Shown here one piece after another: positions 36,956 to 47,214 of a stretch of DNA of 61,676 nt (its first letter is position 1; every line of letters begins with the position of its first letter). This DNA is from Flavobacteriales bacterium (GTDB lineage: Bacteria; Bacteroidota; Bacteroidia; Palsa-965), in NCBI GenBank assembly GCA_040377305.1, contig JBEIPA010000029.1, forward strand, positions 1-61,676, written 5' to 3'. The notes beneath the pieces are model-generated. The model saw nothing but the letters and a program-made list of their open reading frames with translations, made no database searches and was not told where the DNA came from. The translations under genes were made by a program, and so were the position numbers.

Positions 36956-37950
36956 GGGAGATGACATTTAATGATTTTGTCATCCCGATCATTCGGATCG
37001 AAAATGCCGCACACTACTGTTGACTGATCAATGATTCTAACGAAGCGATAACGATAATCGACTTCATCAACTACTCCTTCGAGGTGAAAATAATCCCAGG
37101 TTGCACCGAAGTCCCGGGAGACCAAAGGTGCACCACTGCCGGCTGCGAATACCAAACCGGAAGGATGGGCATCAATCACGGCAACGCTGGCACCGGCAGG
37201 ATCGTCGAGTACATTATTCCAGGTAATGCCGTAATCATGCGATGCGTAAATGCGGCCATACAGATCAACAAGAAAACCTTTCTGAACAGAAGGAAGAATC
37301 ACATATTTACTGACATCAATTGTTCCTGTGACATTCGTGAAATTCGAACCAGCCAATGTGGAGCGATAAAGATCACGCGACGATGACACAGCGAAAAACA
37401 AGCTGTCAGTCACTGCATGTAAATCAAACAGTGGATTACAGCTGTTGATCGCAGGCCAGGTAGTGCCCGCATTTAACGTACGGAATACTTTGTATCCATT
37501 GGAGCCTTCCGTAATGCAGAATATTTTCTTTCCGGTGCGGGCAGATGCTCCAACGATGGTGTTAGTACCCGTCTGGAACGTGTAAAGGAGAGTCCATGCT
37601 CCACCGCGATTCTCCGTCCGGTACACATCCACATCCGATACATCCTGCATGAATACATAAGCCGTATCGACCTGCGGATAAACCATAGCTATCACATCAC
37701 GATTGCCGGATGGAGTCCATTCGGTCGACCAGGTGACACCGCCGTCTGAAGTGAAAGAAAGCAGATCGTAGCGAAGCCGCATAGCATGCAGATCATCGTA
37801 CCATTTAATGGCGTCAACATCTACTTCGTTGTTCACCACGTCGAAATCCATCACATGGTATTCAATGATCTCATCGTCTTTCTTGCAGGAGTGCAGAAAA
37901 AGAAATGAGGATACAAGAAGCAGAAAACAAATCGGAAGTGGCTTGAACAT
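36952..37950 (-). CDS. BNR/Asp-box (YCF48-like) beta-propeller lipoprotein
   Basis: Lipobox LHSC-KKDD; TSDGGVTW, TENRGGAW, TLNAGTTW, SHDYGITW, SRDFGATW. Confidence 0.85.
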   Translation of the reverse strand: MFKPLPICFLLLVSSFLFLHSCKKDDEIIEYHVMDFDVVNNEVDVDAIKWYDDLHAMRLRYDLLSFTSDGGVTWSTEWTPSGNRDVIAMVYPQVDTAYVFMQDVSDVDVYRTENRGGAWTLLYTFQTGTNTIVGASARTGKKIFCITEGSNGYKVFRTLNAGTTWPAINSCNPLFDLHAVTDSLFFAVSSSRDLYRSTLAGSNFTNVTGTIDVSKYVILPSVQKGFLVDLYGRIYASHDYGITWNNVLDDPAGASVAVIDAHPSGLVFAAGSGAPLVSRDFGATWDYFHLEGVVDEVDYRYRFVRIIDQSTVVCGIFDPNDRDDKIIKCHLP

Positions 37951-38009
37951 CAGCTGCAGGTGGCTATACCCGTAAATTTATCGAGAAAATCCATTCGTCT
38001 GCTGAAGGT

Positions 38010-38375
38010 CTAATTGAAAACAGCATTCACAATCTCCATCTTGAGATAAACGCCGTTTCGATGGTCGCATTCAATCAGCGTTTTCGAATTGGGTGCAACA
38101 CTCACGCTCTTGTTTTCATGTCGCGGCTGATTGTTCTCCGTCCATGAAATGTCCACAGTGGCCGTAATGGATTGTGTTTCGTGATTATTCTCCACGTACA
38201 TATTGCTTGCCACTTCATTCGCATTACCACACGATTCACCGTGCATGATCATCACCCAGTTGCGCGCATTGGTTTGCTTGCCGGTCATTGAATCGCCGGA
38301 AGTGGTGTAGCCGGGGGCGTTGCAGGAGGAGAAGGTTATGAGTGAAAGGAGAAGGAGGTAGAGGATGTGTTTCAC
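38010..38375 (-). CDS. Hypothetical lipoprotein
   Basis: GTG start, lipobox FSSC, beta-rich, one Cys pair. Confidence 0.65.
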   Translation of the reverse strand: MKHILYLLLLSLITFSSCNAPGYTTSGDSMTGKQTNARNWVMIMHGESCGNANEVASNMYVENNHETQSITATVDISWTENNQPRHENKSVSVAPNSKTLIECDHRNGVYLKMEIVNAVFN

Positions 38376-38534
38376 GAACGGTGAGCTTAGAAGGTTTTTG
38401 AAAAAACAAACTTAGGAAAAGATGTGATAGGGGAGTTGGTTCGTTGTGCTTGTGAACACAAGTTCATGAACTCTCAGGTACAGGTAGTACTAATTTCACT
38501 ACATTTCCTATCGGCAAATAAAATAGTCATCGAA

Positions 38535-41372
38535 ATGAACACCCCTTACTCTACACTCGGAAGATCACATGGATTATTGATTCTAATGATCCTTTTTGCA
38601 CATTCCGCTTCGTCAAAAAATAAGTCGGTACTTACCCAACAAGCGACCGAATGGATGCAGGAACGGACTTTCCTTTTTACGGAGAATCGTGGACAAATGG
38701 TGGATATGAAAAACAATCCCGTGCCATTTGTTTTGTTTAAAGCGGAGGCGCCAGGTATTAATATGTACGTTACAGAAACCGGGCTGACGTACACGTTTCT
38801 GAAAGTGGAAGAAGAGAAGGAGAAAGGGAAATTCTTTCGCCCGAAAGAAGAAGAGGAGCATGAAGCGGAGAGTTTTATTTCGGAGTGGACGCGCATTGAT
38901 TTGTTATTAAAAGATGCATCCATTAAAAAAGAGAATATAGTAAGAGAAGGCACTTCCGTATCGTGTATGAATTTTTTCTACTGGCACTGCCCCAATGGAG
39001 TTTACAGTGTGAAGCAATTCGAAAAAATTGTCATCAAAGAAGTTTATCCCGGAATAGACTGGGTGTTTTATAACCATAGCGAAAAGGGTGTTAAATATGA
39101 TTTCATCGTTCACCCGGGTGCAGACCCTGCGAAAATTCAAATGATCTATTCTTCGAAAGAAAAGCTTACAGTTACCAAAGACGGAAACCTTCAGATAAAT
39201 ACAAAGCTCGGTACCTTAAGTGAAAACGCGCCTGAAAGCTTTCTCGATGAAAAGAGTATTGAGAGTAAATTCAAGCTTATCTCCGCGGAAAGAAACGATA
39301 AAGGTGGTTACGACGTAACTATAGGCTTTGAATTTGTCGACAGCCAACTTCCAGGTCAAAATTCACTTCTGGTAATTGATCCTCAGCTTGCGTGGGCTAC
39401 ATTCTTCGGTGGAAATAATTTCGATGGTCCGATGTCGGTCGAAACTGACACGAGTGGAAATGTGTTTGTAGGTGGCTATACGTACACTGCATCCGGAAAT
39501 TTTCCAACGCAAGATCCGGGTGGTAGTTCGTATTATCAGGGAACATTCGGAGGTGGACTTATAGATGCATTCATTATGAAATTCGATAATGCAGGCGTGT
39601 TGCTGTGGTCTACCTACTATGGTGGAACTGCAGACGAGAATGTATTTAATCTGCACGTTGACGCAGCACAAAATATTAGCGCTGTAGGATTTACGAGTTC
39701 TACGGATTTCCCAACTCAGAATCCGGGTGGTGGTGCTTATTTCAATGGAACAAATTCAGGATCACGCGATGCATATATTCTGATGTTCAATAATGGCGGC
39801 GTGCGCATATGGTCAACGTACTTCGGTGGATCGGGAGATGATTGGTTTACTGCAATCACTCAGGATAACGTCGGCAATTTTTACATGGTTGGCGCTACGG
39901 GTTCAGGCGACTTCCCCACTCAAAATCCGGGAGGAGGTGCACACTTTCAGGGAGGAAATAACGGAGTGCAGAACGCTACGATTGTGAAGTTCAATTCCGG
40001 AGCTCAGGTTGTGTGGTCAACGTACTACGGCGGCAACTGGGCCGATCAGGCTTTTTCTGTATGTACCAATGCGAACGGAGATGTGTTTGTAGCAGGTCTC
40101 GCTGGTTCGTGGGGCGGAACTTTCTCTACGCAGAATCCTGGCGGAGGCGCGTATTATCAGGCAGCAAATGGCGGAGGAAATGATGCGTTCATCTTGAAAT
40201 TTAATTCTGCGAGCGTTCGTCAGTGGGCAACGTATTACGGAGGTACTGCCGATGATGGTGCGTACTGTATGGCAATGGATGCGGGCGGAAATATATTTGT
40301 GGAGGGTAATACACTTTCAACAAATTTCCCAACGCAGAACCCGGGTGGCGGAGCTTATTTTCAGGCAGCGAACGGAGGTGGAAGAGATGCATTCATCCTG
40401 AAGTTCGCCGGTACAGGCGTGAGATCCTGGGCTACTTATTACGGTGGAACCGGAACTGAATTTGATAATCAGGAACCGTCGTATGACAATATCGCAATTG
40501 ATAGTTGTGGCAATGTGTACATGGCGTTTGAAACTTCTTCGGCTGATGTTCCCACACTTTTTTCATGCGACATTGTTGGGTATAATGACACTACATTTAA
40601 TGGAAGCAAAGATCAGTTCATCGTCTTTTTCTCCAACTCAGGAATTCGTGAGTGGGCAACTTATTTAGGAGGTAGCGGAACGGATTTTCATTCTGCGATC
40701 ACACTCGATGCAGACAATAATCTTTTTGTCACAGGAGAGTGGACAGATCAACAGAGTGCGGTCACCAATGCATCTTACCCCTTGATGAATCCTGGTGCAG
40801 GTGTTTACTACGACGGAACTTTTAATGGTGCAGATGACGGAGCGTTGGTGAAGTTTACGCCGGTTCCTATAGGTCACCTGATAGGTATTACGAATTGCTC
40901 GCTGAACTGTGATGGAGCATTTTATTTAAATCTGTTAAGCGGAGGATGTACGCCTCATTCCTACCTCTGGAGCAATGGCGCAACCACTCAAAACATAAGT
41001 AATTTGTGCAATGGTATGTATAGCTTTACGGTAACAGACAGTGTTTTCTGCCGCACTTATGGGGCGAATAATTTACTCATCACTGGTTGCACAGTTGGAA
41101 TGCCATCCATTGAAACCAACGCTTTACAGATCTCTGTTTATCCGAATCCTGCAAGTGATGAATTGGAAATTCAATTTTCAACGCTGAACAGTGAAGAGGT
41201 CACCATAGAAATAGTTGATGTGCTCGGTCAGGTTGTGTTTACCCAACAACTTGTTTCAGCTTCAGGAACCAACACCTTGAAAATGAAAGTTGATTTCCTG
41301 AGTTGTGGAGTTTACTTCCTCAAAGTGAATGCTGATTCGAAACAGGAAAGTGTGGAGTTTCTGAAGAATTAG
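38535..41372 (+). CDS. SBBP-repeat beta-propeller protein with T9SS type A CTD
   Basis: FTENRGQ, VYPGIDW, KYDFIVHPGADP, LVIDP.LAWATFFGG; repeats W.TYYGG..DD...FPTQNPGGGAYFQ; CTD VYPNPA...DVLGQ...GVYFLK. Start set at MNTPY. Confidence 0.9.
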   Translation: MNTPYSTLGRSHGLLILMILFAHSASSKNKSVLTQQATEWMQERTFLFTENRGQMVDMKNNPVPFVLFKAEAPGINMYVTETGLTYTFLKVEEEKEKGKFFRPKEEEEHEAESFISEWTRIDLLLKDASIKKENIVREGTSVSCMNFFYWHCPNGVYSVKQFEKIVIKEVYPGIDWVFYNHSEKGVKYDFIVHPGADPAKIQMIYSSKEKLTVTKDGNLQINTKLGTLSENAPESFLDEKSIESKFKLISAERNDKGGYDVTIGFEFVDSQLPGQNSLLVIDPQLAWATFFGGNNFDGPMSVETDTSGNVFVGGYTYTASGNFPTQDPGGSSYYQGTFGGGLIDAFIMKFDNAGVLLWSTYYGGTADENVFNLHVDAAQNISAVGFTSSTDFPTQNPGGGAYFNGTNSGSRDAYILMFNNGGVRIWSTYFGGSGDDWFTAITQDNVGNFYMVGATGSGDFPTQNPGGGAHFQGGNNGVQNATIVKFNSGAQVVWSTYYGGNWADQAFSVCTNANGDVFVAGLAGSWGGTFSTQNPGGGAYYQAANGGGNDAFILKFNSASVRQWATYYGGTADDGAYCMAMDAGGNIFVEGNTLSTNFPTQNPGGGAYFQAANGGGRDAFILKFAGTGVRSWATYYGGTGTEFDNQEPSYDNIAIDSCGNVYMAFETSSADVPTLFSCDIVGYNDTTFNGSKDQFIVFFSNSGIREWATYLGGSGTDFHSAITLDADNNLFVTGEWTDQQSAVTNASYPLMNPGAGVYYDGTFNGADDGALVKFTPVPIGHLIGITNCSLNCDGAFYLNLLSGGCTPHSYLWSNGATTQNISNLCNGMYSFTVTDSVFCRTYGANNLLITGCTVGMPSIETNALQISVYPNPASDELEIQFSTLNSEEVTIEIVDVLGQVVFTQQLVSASGTNTLKMKVDFLSCGVYFLKVNADSKQESVEFLKN

Positions 41373-41384
41373 GTTTAGGAAACG

Positions 41385-41415
41385 AAAACCTTTGCAGGTT
41401 AAGCCCTCGAGGGTT
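41385..41415. repeat. Degenerate REP-like hairpin related to the 61453/61563 copies
   Basis: aaaacctttgcaggttaagccctcgagggtt vs caagggttaagcccttgcagggtt. Confidence 0.5.
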
Positions 41416-41498
41416 GGCGCGCTTTGTAAAGCATGTTAAACAGGAGTTTCAGTAAGTTTCCTGGGAAAACGTGGTGCTGCAACGAAAAGAGTTCACCA

Positions 41499-43451
41499 TT
41501 AGAACTTAACTCCAATCACCAGCACATCGTCGACCTGCTCATTCGATCCTTTCCATGCTTTAAACACCGTGTCCAGATGCTGCCGTTGCTCTTCGGGAGA
41601 ACGTGTGCCAATGGCTTCGAGTGTTTCGCAAAGTCGTTTGATCTTGAATTTTTTACCCATGGACTTAGGTCCGCCAAACTGATCGGCATAACCATCTGTA
41701 AAAAGATAAAATGAATCTCCGGTTTCGTATGTAGCGGAATAGCGTGTGAACGGTTCCCGTCTTTCACTTTTACCCACCGGCATGCGGTCAAACGGAAGCT
41801 TTTCACTCACACCTTGTTTCACACGTACCGGAGGATTTCCCGCTGCTGCGTATTCAATGGTGCCCGGAAGTATCCGGAACAGAATTCCATCGAAACCATC
41901 TTTCTGTTCTTCTTTGGAAATACTTTCAACCAGACGATCGCGTACGTAATTGAAAACTTCATCGGGATGAACAAGCTGTTTCTCCCTCAACGCTTCACTC
42001 AGAAATGTGCTGTTGAGCAGACTCATGAATGCGCCTGGAACACCATGACCTGTACTGTCGCAAACGGCGATGTAAAATCCGTTTTCATTTTTGCACGCCC
42101 AGTAAAAATCGCCGCTTACAATGTCCTTGGGTTTGTGGAGGACGAAAAAAGAGTCGAGGTTTTGTTCAAGCAGATCATCGTACGCGAGCAGTGCGCGTTG
42201 TATGCGATGCGCGTAATGTATGGAGTCGAGGATATCCTGTTGTTTTTCTTCCACCAGTTTTTTCTGTTCGGCCAGTAGCAGATTCGATTTCTTCTTGACC
42301 CAGAACGCCCACATCGATAAGGCGAGCAGGAGAAGAACCGACAGCATTCCTCCGATAAGCAGATTACGTTGGTTGCGGCTTTGATCGAGTGCCGTACTCT
42401 TTTCCTGGAGTTCGTTGTCTTTGCGGGTGATTTCATATTTCACCTCGATCTCGGTCATCTTGTTCTTTCTGGTTTCAGCCGCCGAACTATCATTAAACTG
42501 TTTGTACAACAACTGATACGTGTAAGCTTCCTGATAACGACCCAGTGTTCCGAGACATTCCGAAATCCGCAGACACAACTCTTTTTTCTGATCATACAAC
42601 TGCAGACTGTCCAGCAACACGTACGCCCGTTTATAATGTTCCAATGCTTCTTCAGCGCGTTCTTTGCGAAGTGCAATATCGCCCAGCACAAATTCTGAAT
42701 TCACGATACCGAGTGTGAGATTGATTACGGTGTAGCCCAGCAAAGCCTCCTGTGCAAAAGGGAGTGCGCCTGCAGTATCGCCCATGGAAAGAAGTATTTC
42801 TGCTTTGCCGAGAATAGCATTTGAAAGTGCAGAAGGATCATTCATCGGTCTCAAAAGTTCGATAGACTGTTCTCCGTAGTACAGTGCGCTATCTGCTTTC
42901 CCCATATTCGTCATGAGCAGACTCAGATTCGAGAGAATGTACGCGCATTGTTTCTGATCGCCTACGCGTGTATTGTAATCCAATGCTTTGTTGTAATACA
43001 CAAATGCATCGCGGTACTTTTCCATGCGCCCGAGCAGATTCCCGTACAGATTATACGTTTTCTGCAATCCGATTGAATCATTAGTTTCCGTGAGCCAGCC
43101 CATGTACTCATAACAATAGCGCAGTGCAAGGTCATTCATACTTCGGTGAAAAAGCAGATTGACAAGCCGGGGCGCAATACGATTCATTCCGTTCGTATAG
43201 CCAATACTTTTTGAAAGATTGAATGCGGCAACCAGCCAGGTCACACGTTCTGTAGAATTGAAGTAATCATACTGCAACGACAGCAAATACATGCGGTGCG
43301 CCCGCAGCGTATCGTCCGGAGCATTATTGATTAAGCCACTCAGCGAATCAATTTTACTCCTGTTGCTTCCCTGTGCTTTTGACTGCACTGAGAACAACAA
43401 AGCAATAAGAAGCACTGCTGCAGATAGCCGGATGGGGTTAAGCTTTTGCAT
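41499..43451 (-). CDS. TPR - TM - SpoIIE/PP2C phosphatase sensor
   Basis: PKDIVSGDFYW, CDSTGHGVPGAFMS, TDGYADQFGG, QVDDVLVIG. Start MQKLNP lies after -7 box TAGCTTTG (43458-43465, minus). Confidence 0.9.
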   Translation of the reverse strand: MQKLNPIRLSAAVLLIALLFSVQSKAQGSNRSKIDSLSGLINNAPDDTLRAHRMYLLSLQYDYFNSTERVTWLVAAFNLSKSIGYTNGMNRIAPRLVNLLFHRSMNDLALRYCYEYMGWLTETNDSIGLQKTYNLYGNLLGRMEKYRDAFVYYNKALDYNTRVGDQKQCAYILSNLSLLMTNMGKADSALYYGEQSIELLRPMNDPSALSNAILGKAEILLSMGDTAGALPFAQEALLGYTVINLTLGIVNSEFVLGDIALRKERAEEALEHYKRAYVLLDSLQLYDQKKELCLRISECLGTLGRYQEAYTYQLLYKQFNDSSAAETRKNKMTEIEVKYEITRKDNELQEKSTALDQSRNQRNLLIGGMLSVLLLLALSMWAFWVKKKSNLLLAEQKKLVEEKQQDILDSIHYAHRIQRALLAYDDLLEQNLDSFFVLHKPKDIVSGDFYWACKNENGFYIAVCDSTGHGVPGAFMSLLNSTFLSEALREKQLVHPDEVFNYVRDRLVESISKEEQKDGFDGILFRILPGTIEYAAAGNPPVRVKQGVSEKLPFDRMPVGKSERREPFTRYSATYETGDSFYLFTDGYADQFGGPKSMGKKFKIKRLCETLEAIGTRSPEEQRQHLDTVFKAWKGSNEQVDDVLVIGVKF

Positions 43452-43495
43452 GGAGATCAAAGCTAGGAAAAGTTAGGCGGGGTGGGGAGGGGGCG

Positions 43496-44887
43496 TTACT
43501 TCCCGATACAGAACTTCCCAAATATATTCCCCAGCAACTCATCATTCGTAACCTCACCGGTGATCTCACCGAGATGGTGAAGGGCTTCACGAATATCCTG
43601 AGCGAGCAGATCGCCGGGAATGTTGTTGTTGAGGCCGCTGAGAATGCGTTCTACAGCGTTGAGGGTGTGACGCAGTGAATCGGCGTGACGAACGTTGGTG
43701 ACGATTGTTTCGCGAACGTTGACCGTGCTCTTGTCGAATAAGGCAACGAGCTTGAGTTTGAGATCGTCGATGTACAGTTTTTCTTTCGCGGAAATGAAAA
43801 GAATATCGAGTCCTTCGAATTCTTTCTGAACCTCGTTGGGATCCATGCGATCGATCTGATTGCCGATGAGTACGAGTTGCTGATTGACAATATGTTTCTT
43901 GATTTCAGTAAGCTCGAGATTCAATTCGCCGCGAGTCATTTCGTGTACGTCGAAAATATACAGGACAATAGACGCTTCACGAATCTTGTCGTAAGAGCGG
44001 GCAACACCCAGCGATTCTATGGCATCGGTAGTCACACGTAAACCTGCAGTGTCTATGAAACGATAGAGAATTCCCTCGATCGAGATTTCATCTTCAATGG
44101 TGTCGCGTGTGGTGCCCGGAATGTCGCTTACAATTGCGCGTTCTTCTTCGAGCAAAGCATTGAGCAATGTAGACTTGCCTGCGTTTGGTTTGCCGACAAT
44201 TGCAACGGGAATACCGTTCTTGATCACGTTGCCAACTTCGAAAGAGTCGAGTAGGCGGCGTACCAGTTTTTCAATGGTAAGCAGCAGCCTTTGTAAGTCA
44301 TCGCGATTAGCAAACTCTACATCTTCTTCGCTGAAGTCGAGTTCGAGTTCAATGAGTGATGCAAAATTCAACAGGTGTTCACGCAGCGCTTTGATTTTGT
44401 CGGAGAATCCACCGCGCATTTGTTCCATGGCAACCTGATGAGAAGTTGCGCTCATGGATGCAACGAGATCGGCAATTGCTTCGGCCTGGGATAAATCCAT
44501 TTTCCCGTTCATGAATGCACGCATGGTGAATTCGCCGGGATAAGCTGCACGCGCACCTTTTTTATTCAGTAACAACAAAAGCTGCTGCTGAATGAAAATG
44601 GATCCGTGGCAGGAAATTTCTACAATGTCTTCGCCTGTGAATGAATGGGGAGCACGAAATAAAGTCACCAGCACTTCGTCCAGGACGTAATCGCCTTCCA
44701 TAATAATTCCAAAGTGAACGGTATTGCCGGGCTTATCGGAAAGCTTCTTCGGTTCCAGCTTTTTAGTTCTGAACACCGATTCTGTGATGGAAATTGCATT
44801 TGCACCGGACAAACGCACGACAGCAATTGCAGCAGCGCCGTGTGCAGTAGCCAAAGCGCTAATAGTGTCCGTACGGTTGTATTGCAT
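43496..44887 (-). CDS. mnmE: tRNA modification GTPase MnmE
   Basis: PHSFTGEDIVEISCHG, GKPNAGKS, PGTTRD, DTAG, C-terminal FCIGK. Start set at MQYNR. Confidence 0.97.
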   Translation of the reverse strand: MQYNRTDTISALATAHGAAAIAVVRLSGANAISITESVFRTKKLEPKKLSDKPGNTVHFGIIMEGDYVLDEVLVTLFRAPHSFTGEDIVEISCHGSIFIQQQLLLLLNKKGARAAYPGEFTMRAFMNGKMDLSQAEAIADLVASMSATSHQVAMEQMRGGFSDKIKALREHLLNFASLIELELDFSEEDVEFANRDDLQRLLLTIEKLVRRLLDSFEVGNVIKNGIPVAIVGKPNAGKSTLLNALLEEERAIVSDIPGTTRDTIEDEISIEGILYRFIDTAGLRVTTDAIESLGVARSYDKIREASIVLYIFDVHEMTRGELNLELTEIKKHIVNQQLVLIGNQIDRMDPNEVQKEFEGLDILFISAKEKLYIDDLKLKLVALFDKSTVNVRETIVTNVRHADSLRHTLNAVERILSGLNNNIPGDLLAQDIREALHHLGEITGEVTNDELLGNIFGKFCIGK

Positions 44888-44961
44888 ACCCAACGAATGT
44901 AGCAAAATTGTATCAGGATATGCCTCTTATTTGATAGATTCGCTCTCCGTTAATTTCAAAT

Positions 44962-47190
44962 ATGATCTACCCCAGATTAGTGCTGGTACTGCTTACGTTG
45001 TGCAGTACGTGTTCCCTGTTTGCGCAGAACGATTCATTGCTTTCCGAAGCACGTAATCCAAAACTTACCGACACCCTGAGAGTTCAACTTTTTGCCCAGG
45101 TTGCTGGCGATCTTAACTACAGCGACAGCGCCAAGGTCTTCGGTTATTTTAAGGAAGCAGAGTCGGTGATGAAGAGCAGCAAACTGGTTGCCGACCAAAA
45201 AGAACAATGGACTTACTACGTAACTGCGCAGCAAGCGGCCTGGTTGGTCTATAACGATAAGTCTGATAGTGCCTGTAAACTTTACGCTGCCGGTATTGAG
45301 AAAATAAAAGACAAGAAGAACGACAAGTTTCGTGCGGACCAGATGGTGGAAGCGGGATACAAGATCATCGAAAAAGGAAATTATCTCGAAGGAATTGATT
45401 TCAACACAAAAGCTTCTGAGCTCTACATTCAATTGGGCGACAGTATCGGTATCGGACAAGCGTACAACAACATTGCCTTCATGTACCAGCAGATGGGGCT
45501 GAGTGAACTTGCACTGGAGTTTTATTACAAGAGCCTGAACATCCGAAAAGCGATCAACGATTATTCCGGTGTTGGCGAATCGTACACGAATCTTTCGTTT
45601 GAGTATTTCAGCATTGGTGAACTGGATACGGCCTTGTATCTGATTGACCTTGCCATTGAAAACCGGAATAAAGGAAACAGTAAGTCGGGTACTGCTAAAA
45701 CAGTAAACTCGAAGGGATACTTCCTGCAAAATGCAAAACGTTATGATGAAGCCATGGTTTGTTTCCGTCAGGCTGCTGCTATTTGGGTTGAAGTGAACGG
45801 AGTAGGTAATCCGCGTGTTACATACAACATTGGATTCATACACAAAATTCAGAAGCGGTATGATTCAACATTGTACTACTACAATCAGGCGTACGAAATC
45901 AGTAAGGCAACGCACGATATCTACAGTGAAATTTATGTGCTGAATGGTCTGGCAACAATTTCTCTGGAGCAGGAGAATGCGGATCAGGCGCTAGCGTACT
46001 CTACAAAAGCGTATGAACTTGCAAAGACACTGGGCAGCATGAACGAGCTCAGAAGCGCATCGCTTACTCTGTCGACCGTGTACAAGAAGAAGGGCGATTT
46101 CGAGAACGCGCTTTTTTACACCACAGAGTTTTACAAGTATCGCGATAGTATGAACACGACAGCGAAACAGAAATCGGTTTACCAGCAGGAAGCGAAATTC
46201 CGATTCGAGCAGAATATGCTGGCGATACAGAAGGAACAGGAATTGAAAGATGCTGTAACTGAAGCAGACACGCAACGGAAAAACGTAATTATCATTTTTA
46301 CGATTGCCGGTTTGATATTGGTAATCGTGTTCACCGGATTTCTGTTCAATCGTTTCAGGATTACACGAATGCAGAAAGCAACCATTGAAGTGCAGAAGCA
46401 TGAAGTCGAACGGCAGAAGCACATGCTGGAAGAAAAGAACACGGAAATTCTGGATTCAATTACATACGCACGACGTTTGCAGGAAGCTATTCTTCCTCCG
46501 GATTCGTTGCTGAAGAACAGTATTCCCGATTCGTTTGTGTTGTACATGCCGAAGGATATTGTTGCCGGCGATTTTTACTGGATGGAGAAATCGGGCAAGG
46601 ACACATTCTTCGCTGTTGCTGATTGCACGGGGCATGGTGTTCCCGGCGCACTCGTTTCCGTTGTGTGTTCGAATGCATTGAATCGTGCGGTGAAAGAGTT
46701 CAAGCTGAGCGATACCGGATTGATTCTGGATAAAACGCGTGAACTCGTGATCGAAACGTTTGAAAAGAGTGAGAGTAATGTGATGGACGGAATGGACATT
46801 TCCATTATTCGTTTTACGGAAGGCATGCGTGAGATTCAGTGTTCGGGTGCACACAATCCGATCTGGATTATTTCGAATAACGAGCTGCAGGAAATTAAGG
46901 CAGATAAACAGCCAATCGGACAATCGGATATTGCAAAACCATTTGTGTCGCATCGTTTTTCATTAGAGAACGTTCACGCAATTTATCTGTTCACGGATGG
47001 TTATGCCGATCAGTTTGGCGGTGAGAAAGGGAAGAAGTTCCGTTACAAGCAGATGGAGCAATTGCTGGTTGAGATTCACACGAAGTCGTCATCCGAACAA
47101 AAACAGATTCTTCGCGAGCGAATTGTGGCATGGAAAGGCAATCTGGAGCAGGTCGATGACATTTGTGTTGCCGGCATCATGCTGAAATGA
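44962..47190 (+). CDS. TPR - TM - SpoIIE/PP2C phosphatase sensor
   Basis: Signal peptide, TPRs, TM; PKDIVAGDFYW, ADCTGHGVPGA, DGMDIS, TDGYADQFGG, QVDDICV. Confidence 0.9.
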   Translation: MIYPRLVLVLLTLCSTCSLFAQNDSLLSEARNPKLTDTLRVQLFAQVAGDLNYSDSAKVFGYFKEAESVMKSSKLVADQKEQWTYYVTAQQAAWLVYNDKSDSACKLYAAGIEKIKDKKNDKFRADQMVEAGYKIIEKGNYLEGIDFNTKASELYIQLGDSIGIGQAYNNIAFMYQQMGLSELALEFYYKSLNIRKAINDYSGVGESYTNLSFEYFSIGELDTALYLIDLAIENRNKGNSKSGTAKTVNSKGYFLQNAKRYDEAMVCFRQAAAIWVEVNGVGNPRVTYNIGFIHKIQKRYDSTLYYYNQAYEISKATHDIYSEIYVLNGLATISLEQENADQALAYSTKAYELAKTLGSMNELRSASLTLSTVYKKKGDFENALFYTTEFYKYRDSMNTTAKQKSVYQQEAKFRFEQNMLAIQKEQELKDAVTEADTQRKNVIIIFTIAGLILVIVFTGFLFNRFRITRMQKATIEVQKHEVERQKHMLEEKNTEILDSITYARRLQEAILPPDSLLKNSIPDSFVLYMPKDIVAGDFYWMEKSGKDTFFAVADCTGHGVPGALVSVVCSNALNRAVKEFKLSDTGLILDKTRELVIETFEKSESNVMDGMDISIIRFTEGMREIQCSGAHNPIWIISNNELQEIKADKQPIGQSDIAKPFVSHRFSLENVHAIYLFTDGYADQFGGEKGKKFRYKQMEQLLVEIHTKSSSEQKQILRERIVAWKGNLEQVDDICVAGIMLK

Positions 47191-47214
47191 TTTATATTCG
47201 ATAAAACAATTGTC

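Noticed and set aside
34279-43496. Genomic island integrated at the mnmE 3' end
   Set aside because: Accessory-looking genes follow mnmE, but I found no integrase and no duplicated mnmE 3' sequence.
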